Virus record (IMG/VR): IMGVR_UViG_2778261666_000002
Location: 1-5,160 of that record
DNA: 5,160 nucleotides
From: a virus
Taxonomy: Duplodnaviria; Heunggongvirae; Uroviricota; Caudoviricetes
Reading direction: 5' to 3' (one strand)
In this document: positions 1 to 5,160 of the stretch, piece by piece
How positions within the stretch are numbered: the stretch's first letter is position 1
Layout: each line of letters opens with the position of its first letter
Notes under the pieces: model-generated
Databases searched by the model: none
What the model was told of the DNA's origin: nothing
What the model saw: only the letters and a program-made list of their open reading frames with translations
Position numbers and translations under genes: made by a program

Positions 1-325
1 AGTCCCAGCAAATGTTTGTCCCGTTATCGTTCAGGTTAAGGCGCGCCATTGCGTTACCTGGACTGTCTATCCATTTTTTGAGGTATAGTTCGCAATACGC
101 ATCCTCAACACCTGCTGTCCTGTGAGTTGAGCGGAGTTTTCTCCCAAATATAGCTCCGCTAGTTGGCAATACCTGCTGATACCATGAAGCAGACCAGTCA
201 CCAACGATTTCATCTTTGCTGTCTACATATAATTTTGTTGCGTAGCTTCCTTGATCGTTTTTTAATTTGCTAACGTCGGATTTTAGCGTTTTGATGTCAT
301 CAGGAATTACTGTCGATGTAGCCAT
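1..325 (-). CDS. Hypothetical protein, N-terminal 108 codons only (3' end beyond window start); unknown function
   Basis: ATG at 325..323 preceded by GAGGAAG (the orf93 stop TGA 337..335 lies inside this SD; 9-nt spacing). Hand translation MATSTVIPDDIKTLKSDVSKLKNDQGSYATKLYVDSKDEIVGDWSASWYQQVLPTSGAIFGRKLRSTHRTAGVEDAYCELYLKKWIDSPGNAMARLNLNDNGTNICWD has no stop down to position 1. Absent from the ORF track only because it has no in-window stop. Confidence 0.5.
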   Translation of the reverse strand, partial: MATSTVIPDDIKTLKSDVSKLKNDQGSYATKLYVDSKDEIVGDWSASWYQQVLPTSGAIFGRKLRSTHRTAGVEDAYCELYLKKWIDSPGNAMARLNLNDNGTNICWD

Positions 326-334
326 TTTTCTTCC

Positions 335-616
335 TCACATCCAGCCACGAAGTTGATGCTCAACAGCAACCACGTATTCATCGAATAATGACGATATTTG
401 CGAATCATTAATGATGCGCACGTTTACAAAATATCCGTCTTCCTTAACACATACCGGTTCGCCATCTTCAGTCAGTTCTCCGGTTTCTTTGTACACGTTA
501 CCTATCACGTCAATAAGAATATCATCCTGCATCGACTCGTCATCATAATAGCCAATACTCTCCATAAAGGCCGAAAAGTCGGCCCTGTCGGCAAATTTGA
601 GTGTTAAATCTTTCAT
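335..616 (-). CDS. Hypothetical small acidic protein (93 aa), start overlapping the stf stop; possible tail-fibre accessory or chaperone, function unknown
   Basis: ATG 616..614 overlaps stf TAA 618..616 (TAATG). GGGGGAG lies about 8 nt upstream. About 21 Asp/Glu against about 7 Lys/Arg. No similarity I can recognise to the lambda Tfa / T4 gp38 family. The only competing ORF is a shorter antisense one. Confidence 0.6.
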   Translation of the reverse strand: MKDLTLKFADRADFSAFMESIGYYDDESMQDDILIDVIGNVYKETGELTEDGEPVCVKEDGYFVNVRIINDSQISSLFDEYVVAVEHQLRGWM

Positions 617-2991
617 TAGATTGACTCCCCCACCTGAGCATCAGTCAATGCCTTGTGCCATATTCTGAAATTCCTGACATGACCAAATAAATGACGTAAC
701 CCGGCTGTAGTCTGGCCTCCAATACGGATAATTGCAGTGTTCTGAATATAGGACCATGTGGTTTTTGTTTCGCTGGATATACGCCCGTTACTTACTGAGC
801 ACGTAGACTGATCTGACTTTACACGCATCCCCATAACCATTTTTTCAAGCAATGCGTTTTCGTTTACCCGTCTGTTAGCTCCTCCAATATCGCAATAAGG
901 AAATCCGTCGTAATCTGTTGAACGACCGAAGCCAAGAATAATAGCCGCTCCGGTTTGATGACCGCCGGTATCAAAAACACGTGGCGCTGCATTTGGCGTT
1001 TTATACCAGTTCTTATGTACCTCACAAAGAACCGTAAAAGGAAGATTATAAAGATTATTCTTAATTGGAACTGTAACTATATCGCTTGCGCGGGTCGCCG
1101 CCGTCGTTCCTGATATAATAAAAGATGATACACAAGGCCCATTTTCTACTTGTGGGGTGGCCAGATAAATATAGTCACCAGATACGGTTGCCCCGCCCTG
1201 CTTAGGAGAATACTGTATCTGAGAACCTATTTTTAACTCCCCATCAATTGCCTGAATTGTTGCCTCTGCAAAAATCCATCCGGTAGCTTCGTCCTTTCTG
1301 ACTCTCGCTGTAATCCTTGAGGCAGCGCCGCCTGTCATATTAATTTCAAGCGTTTGTGTATCAATATATGCATCACCAAGAAAAGTTGTTGCGCTACCGT
1401 CATATTTATCAAACCGGATACGCAACCTTACCTGCAGTTCTGTTTTAAAACGACATGAGGTTGTCACGTATTTATTATCGCCTGAGACATCAACTGACTT
1501 TGTTGCAGCAATTGATGCCATATTAATGGCTGAGGTTTGCCCAATCAGAGAATCGTTACAGACAAACTTTCCATAGGTAAAACCAAAACTATCCGTCCCG
1601 GTTTCGGGAACATCCATATTTGACGATCGCCCCCAACTGGCAGGGTTTTCCGAATTGAGCATGTAGTTCGTTCTTTGCCCCTCAATAAGCAGGCCATCAC
1701 GTTCAAACCGTGGCTCGTCAATGGCAGCCTCTGTCAGCACACCAGATTTATTAATATAGGTTGCTTTCGATGCGCGTTTAAACTTTACAACCTTATCGCC
1801 AGGCATCGTTATTTCATCATCACCAATAACAATCTTTTTATATGACGGCGAAAAGCCCGTAATCATATCCAGCGAATCGTTAAACGGTATCCACACATCG
1901 GGAAGCGGCTGCAAAACTTGTTTATACGGCTCCGCAGCCTGGCTTGCATACTCTCTGGCTGCGTCTTCACTTTCTTTAGCTGCCGTCTGGCTTGCAGCGG
2001 ATGCTTTCGCCGAGTTCGCAGCCGCTGTTTCGCTTGTCTTTGCATTGGTTTCACTGGTTTTTGCTGCTTTTTGACTGTTGGCTGATGCAGTGGCAGAAGC
2101 CGCCGCCGCGCTTGCAGAACCAGCTGCGGCACTCTCGCTTTGGGCCGCTGCATCCTGACTGTTTTTCGCCGCAGTTTCGCTGGCTTTGGCATTCGTTTCG
2201 CTGGTCTTCGCTGCCGTCTGGCTGGACTTTGCGTTAGTTTCGCTCGTCTTCGCTGCTTTCTGGCTGTTAGCCGCAGCAGTTGCTGAGCCAGCAGCTGAAG
2301 TCGCAGAACCGGCTGCCGCGCTCTCGCTTTGGGCTGCTGCAGCCTGGCTGTTTTTTGCCGCAGTTTCACTGGCTTTGGCATTCGTTTCGCTGGTTTTCGC
2401 TGCCGTCTGGCTGGACTTTGCGTTAGTTTCACTCGTCTTTGCGGCTGTCTCGCTATTTTTCGCGTTGGTTTCTGATTTTTTGGCTGCTGTCGCGGAGTTT
2501 GCCGATGCAGTCTGTGAGGTCGCTGCCGCCTGTGCGCTGTTAGCTGCATTCGTTTCTGAGGTTTTCGCCGCGTTCTTCGATGATGCCGCTGCAGTTTCGG
2601 ATTTCTTTGCCGCCGCTGCGCTCTGAGAGGCGGCTTCGGCGTTGCGTGCCGCTTCTTCCACCATTTCCTCAAAACGGCGCAATGCCTCCGGCATGACATC
2701 ATCTTCCGTCATGGCACCGAGAAAATCATTCAGCGTACCTGGTCTGGAACCTTCATAGACGGTAATGGTCCCGGCATGTGAAGGCGGAAAACCTTCAACC
2801 AGCAGGGTGACGCTGTACTGGCCATACTCAACATCCATGCTGTAACGTCCGGCTTCATCCGGATTTTCAGAAGCCACCGTGTTCACCAGTACCGTGGTGC
2901 TGTTACGCTTTGCCTTCAGTTGAATAGTGCAGTTCTGTATTGGTTTTCCCGCACCATCTTTCAGCACACCTGAGATTTTTACTGCTGCCAT
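616..2991 (-). CDS. stf: Side tail fibre protein: lambda-Stf-like N-terminal domain, A/S/T/K-rich heptad-repeat shaft, C-terminal LamG/concanavalin-like jelly-roll (putative receptor-binding) domain
   Basis: N-terminus MAAVKISGVLKDGAGKPIQNCTIQLKAKRNSTTV…GRYSMDVEYGQYSV…GFPPSHAGTITVYE matches the lambda Stf N-terminus as recalled. Likely start is ATG 2991..2989, preceded by GGAG (TTTTTTGTGGAGTGGATATG); the ORF track's GTG at 2997 sits inside that SD. Stop TAA at 618..616. C-terminal end …IRIGGQTTAGLRHLFGHVRNFRIWHKALTDAQVGESI resembles the conserved LamG_3 terminal motif. Confidence 0.85.
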   Translation of the reverse strand: MAAVKISGVLKDGAGKPIQNCTIQLKAKRNSTTVLVNTVASENPDEAGRYSMDVEYGQYSVTLLVEGFPPSHAGTITVYEGSRPGTLNDFLGAMTEDDVMPEALRRFEEMVEEAARNAEAASQSAAAAKKSETAAASSKNAAKTSETNAANSAQAAATSQTASANSATAAKKSETNAKNSETAAKTSETNAKSSQTAAKTSETNAKASETAAKNSQAAAAQSESAAAGSATSAAGSATAAANSQKAAKTSETNAKSSQTAAKTSETNAKASETAAKNSQDAAAQSESAAAGSASAAAASATASANSQKAAKTSETNAKTSETAAANSAKASAASQTAAKESEDAAREYASQAAEPYKQVLQPLPDVWIPFNDSLDMITGFSPSYKKIVIGDDEITMPGDKVVKFKRASKATYINKSGVLTEAAIDEPRFERDGLLIEGQRTNYMLNSENPASWGRSSNMDVPETGTDSFGFTYGKFVCNDSLIGQTSAINMASIAATKSVDVSGDNKYVTTSCRFKTELQVRLRIRFDKYDGSATTFLGDAYIDTQTLEINMTGGAASRITARVRKDEATGWIFAEATIQAIDGELKIGSQIQYSPKQGGATVSGDYIYLATPQVENGPCVSSFIISGTTAATRASDIVTVPIKNNLYNLPFTVLCEVHKNWYKTPNAAPRVFDTGGHQTGAAIILGFGRSTDYDGFPYCDIGGANRRVNENALLEKMVMGMRVKSDQSTCSVSNGRISSETKTTWSYIQNTAIIRIGGQTTAGLRHLFGHVRNFRIWHKALTDAQVGESI
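2068..2445 (-). repeat. Two tandem 189-bp units (63 codons each) inside the stf shaft-coding region, embedded in a wider heptad-periodic region (about 1930-2650)
   Basis: 2211-2250 and 2400-2439 are near-identical at a 189-bp offset. Protein copies are residues 185-247 and 248-310 (AAKTSETNAKSSQTAAKTSETNAKASETAAKNSQ… twice), followed by a degenerate partial third copy. Confidence 0.85.
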
Positions 2992-3001
2992 ATCCACTCC
3001 A

Positions 3002-3029
3002 CAAAAAAGCCCGCCAGAATCTGCGGGCT
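3002..3029 (-). terminator. Putative rho-independent terminator after lom (minus-strand RNA: AGCCCGC-agauucug-GCGGGCU followed by UUUUUUGU), overlapping the stf ribosome-binding region
   Basis: 7-bp inverted repeat at + strand 3008-3014 / 3023-3029 with an 8-nt loop. A6 run at 3003-3008 gives a U-tract on the minus strand only. Confidence 0.55.
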
Positions 3030-3055
3030 GTCATAACACTGTGTTACCTGGCTAA

Positions 3056-3655
3056 TCAGAATTTATAACCGACACCCACGATGAAACCGTCAGTGCGCCA
3101 GTCGCCACTGCCGGAACCTTCATAAGCAATATCAATGGCCACGGATTCGGTCGGGTTAAACTGCACGCCAGCCCCCCACGCCAGAGACGTGTTGCTGTGG
3201 CGACCGCCATCACTCCCGGTCAGCACATCGTGCGTTTTCCCCTTGCTGTCAGTTACGCGGAGATAATCCCCGGAGAACGTCGAAACACGGCTGCAAGCCA
3301 CACCTGCCATCGCATAAGCACTGAACCATTCATTCACGCGCACAGACGGCCCCGCCATCATGCTGAACCAGCGGTTACGCACTGAATCTTCATGCCAGCG
3401 GGTATCGCTGTAATGCGTTTTTTGCTCATCTTTGGCATTGGCATAACTGAATGACGTCACCAGCCCCAGCGTGTCCATAAATTCATAACGGTATTTCACG
3501 TTAATGCCCTTCAGGTCATCACTGCCTGGCATATCAGTATGGGTCTGAAGATACCCGGCGCTTAGTGTGGACTGATGCTCTGCTGCGCTCGCTGGCGTAC
3601 CAGCGGCAACCAGCCAGACTACTGCGGACAGAATAACAGCACATAATTTACGCAT
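3056..3655 (-). CDS. lom: Lom/Ail/PagC/OmpX-family outer-membrane beta-barrel protein (lambda Lom homologue), 199 aa
   Basis: N-terminal signal peptide MRKLCAVILSAVVWLVAAGTPASA^AE (A-x-A cleavage site). Internal GINVKYRYE and SAYAMAGVA motifs and C-terminal IAYEGSGSGDWRTDGFIVGVGYKF with terminal Phe, matching lambda Lom as I recall it. Position directly after J is the canonical lom position. Confidence 0.93.
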   Translation of the reverse strand: MRKLCAVILSAVVWLVAAGTPASAAEHQSTLSAGYLQTHTDMPGSDDLKGINVKYRYEFMDTLGLVTSFSYANAKDEQKTHYSDTRWHEDSVRNRWFSMMAGPSVRVNEWFSAYAMAGVACSRVSTFSGDYLRVTDSKGKTHDVLTGSDGGRHSNTSLAWGAGVQFNPTESVAIDIAYEGSGSGDWRTDGFIVGVGYKF

Positions 3656-3660
3656 AATTA

Positions 3661-3666
3661 CCTCTC
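3661..3666 (-). promoter_or_regulatory. Shine-Dalgarno GAGAGG, 5 nt upstream of the lom ATG
   Basis: Reverse complement of 3656-3670 is AAGCGAGAGGTAATT, immediately followed by ATG (3655..3653). Confidence 0.6.
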
Positions 3667-3674
3667 GCTTTTCT

Positions 3675-3704
3675 GCAATAAAAAAGGCGTCATTTCTGAC
3701 GCCC
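3675..3704 (-). terminator. Putative rho-independent terminator directly after the J stop (minus-strand RNA: GGCGUCA-gaaa-UGACGCC followed by UUUUUUAUU)
   Basis: Perfect 7-bp inverted repeat at + strand 3686-3692 / 3697-3703 with a 4-nt loop. A-run at 3681-3685 on the + strand gives a U-tract only for minus-strand transcription. Confidence 0.6.
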
Positions 3705-3722
3705 GTATTGGGGTTATAAAAT

Positions 3723-5160
3723 TCAGCTGATACTGATGCCTGCGGTGGCTTTCTTCATCACCACAACCAGCAAATCGCTGATACTTGCTGTGGGATACCA
3801 GTCATTTACCAGCCATGCTGACACCGAAAACTCCAGCGTCATGTGACCGTGACCGGCAGGCATATCAATAACGCCACTGTAAATCAGCGTATTATCCAGC
3901 GCGGTACGGTTATAAATTTCAGCACCGTTTTTCCGCACTATCAGACGGCATGAGGAGTAAATATCAGTATGCTCTCTCTCATGTTTAGCGCCGCTGAATG
4001 CCACCGCCGGAATAACAATCTGCCGGTCAAACGGCTGATCGTCATAAATCCTGACGGTAATGGTCCCTGATGGCCACCGTTCCGGTGCACGGGAGTCCCG
4101 GGGGAAAGCTTTGCCCACTGTTTTAACGAGATCGCCTTCAATCTGGTTCGCGGACAGTTTTCCCAGAACCCGGCAGTTCTCGTTAATCGTGACGTTGTTG
4201 AGCGACCCGGAGTTCGCATTCACGTTACCGCTGATATCGGCATTTTTCGCCGTCAGCCGCCCGTCCGGTGTCAGGGAAAATGCCGGAGGATTACCGCCGC
4301 TGGTAATGGTGGGAGCCGTCAGATATTTCAGGAACACTTCGTTCATGAATATCTGATCGCCCTGACCAACAAACATCGGCCTTGTGTTGCCATTCGCAGG
4401 ATTAACCATCGCAATCCTGTCCGCCGCCAGCAGCACCTGACTCTGCATACCGTCAGGAGTATTCTCAATACCGGCACCAATACCCGCGATATAAAGGCGT
4501 CCGTCCTGCATCTGCTGCAGCTTCACAGCCCACATGCTGTTCAGGTTATTATTTGTATCAACCTGAACCTTCTGTATCTGCTGAATTGCCGCACTCTGGT
4601 CTTCCAGTTTCTTATTGACGGTCTGCGTGATTTCATTGCTGACATCCGTAATGGACGTCCTGATTTCAGCCAGGTCAGGCGCAAGCTGACCGTTATCAAT
4701 CTGCGTCCACAGCTCCTGAGCCAGATGGCTTTTCCCTATCTCGCCTTTGAAAAAATCCAGATAGCCGGATGCATCATCACTCGGCTGGCCAACAGCCTCC
4801 ACAAATGCCGATTTGCCAACGGTGTTCACACTGCGGATGTAAAAATAATAATCATGGCCCGGTTTGATATTGATACTGGCGGCTATCCAGTACAGCGCCG
4901 TACCAAGATAGCGGGCTGTGGTTTCAACCTGCCTGATATCGGTAATCCGCTTTTCCGAGAACCAGAACTCAAACTGTACCGTCGGGTCATAAACCGCAAG
5001 ATGCGGCGTGGCGGTTATCTGAAAATAGCCCGGCGTCAGCTCAATCCTCGACGGTGCTGCCGGTGCGGCAATCCGGAACGATACCGACGCCGGATCGCCC
5101 TGCTGCCCCCACGCATTTACCGCCCGGACTGTCAGCCTGTAGTTCCCCAGCGCCAGTTGC
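3723..5160 (-). CDS. J: Host-specificity / central tail fibre protein J, C-terminal about 479 codons; 5' end lies beyond the window. TGA stop at 3725..3723.
   Basis: Hand translation of the minus-strand frame from 5159 down to 3723 is uninterrupted (…[41 protein letters not shown]…[23 protein letters not shown]…[31 protein letters not shown]…). It matches lambda J as I recall it, including the MPAG…KK…GISI-type C-terminus. The ORF track's 368-aa call simply begins at the first in-frame GTG (4829); the frame stays open upstream of it. Confidence 0.9.
   Translation of the reverse strand, partial: QLALGNYRLTVRAVNAWGQQGDPASVSFRIAAPAAPSRIELTPGYFQITATPHLAVYDPTVQFEFWFSEKRITDIRQVETTARYLGTALYWIAASINIKPGHDYYFYIRSVNTVGKSAFVEAVGQPSDDASGYLDFFKGEIGKSHLAQELWTQIDNGQLAPDLAEIRTSITDVSNEITQTVNKKLEDQSAAIQQIQKVQVDTNNNLNSMWAVKLQQMQDGRLYIAGIGAGIENTPDGMQSQVLLAADRIAMVNPANGNTRPMFVGQGDQIFMNEVFLKYLTAPTITSGGNPPAFSLTPDGRLTAKNADISGNVNANSGSLNNVTINENCRVLGKLSANQIEGDLVKTVGKAFPRDSRAPERWPSGTITVRIYDDQPFDRQIVIPAVAFSGAKHEREHTDIYSSCRLIVRKNGAEIYNRTALDNTLIYSGVIDMPAGHGHMTLEFSVSAWLVNDWYPTASISDLLVVVMKKATAGISIS

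Noticed and set aside
398-607. 69-aa plus-strand ORF
   Set aside because: Antisense to and fully inside orf93, which is longer, has an SD and is translationally coupled to stf.
1-760. Diversity-generating retroelement targeting the fibre C-terminus (template repeat downstream of stf)
   Set aside because: I could not see a downstream copy of the stf 3' end, there is no reverse-transcriptase-like ORF in the window, and the small downstream protein is acidic whereas Avd proteins are basic.
1-2000. Invertible fibre segment (Gin/Cin/Pin-type host-range switch)
   Set aside because: All ORFs are co-directional and there are no opposed alternative C-terminal cassettes or flanking inverted repeats.
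1992-2626. Plus-strand ORFs 1992..2237 (81 aa) and 2186..2626 (146 aa, Ala/Phe/Leu-rich)
   Set aside because: Antisense to the stf repeat region. Their low-complexity composition is a by-product of the GC-rich repeat codons; no start context noted.
1863-2702. 279-aa minus-strand ORF, extremely Arg/Lys/Gln-rich
   Set aside because: It is an alternative reading frame through the stf heptad-repeat shaft on the same strand. Repeat periodicity keeps it open. It lies wholly inside the well-supported stf CDS.
2995-2997. GTG as the stf start (ORF-track call, MDMAAVK…)
   Set aside because: The GTG lies within the GGAG Shine-Dalgarno. ATG two codons downstream (2991..2989) has correct spacing and gives MAAVKISG, consistent with lambda Stf.
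3705-3722. Possible lom promoter (-10-like TATAAC on the minus strand, + strand 3713-3718)
   Set aside because: No acceptable -35 at 16-18 bp spacing, and a transcript starting there would immediately meet the terminator hairpin. Not supportable from sequence alone.
3197-4356. Small ORFs 3197..3385 (+), 3941..4219 (-) and 4060..4356 (+)
   Set aside because: They are embedded in lom or J in other frames or antisense; the J and lom frames have strong homology support.

Overview
The window reads as the distal end of a lambdoid phage/prophage late (tail) region, with every gene on the minus strand: 3' part of the J-like central tail fibre gene (runs off the window at 5160) -> lom-family outer-membrane 'moron' bracketed by two hairpin/U-tract terminators -> a 793-aa chimeric side tail fibre (lambda-Stf-like N-terminus, A/S/T/K heptad shaft with a 189-bp tandem duplication, LamG-like jelly-roll C-terminus) -> a 93-aa very acidic ORF overlapping the stf stop (TAATG) -> the first 108 codons of a further ORF that runs off the window at position 1. 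Family assignments rest on my reading of the translations and recalled lambda J/Lom/Stf sequences; no database search was run. Composition drops from GC-rich J (hand count about 67% in one 60-nt stretch) to about 37-52% in the last 300 nt, consistent with a mosaic junction inside stf. The two unassigned ORFs after stf are the most likely place for anything new. I found no CRISPR, tRNA, rRNA or integrase/att signal.
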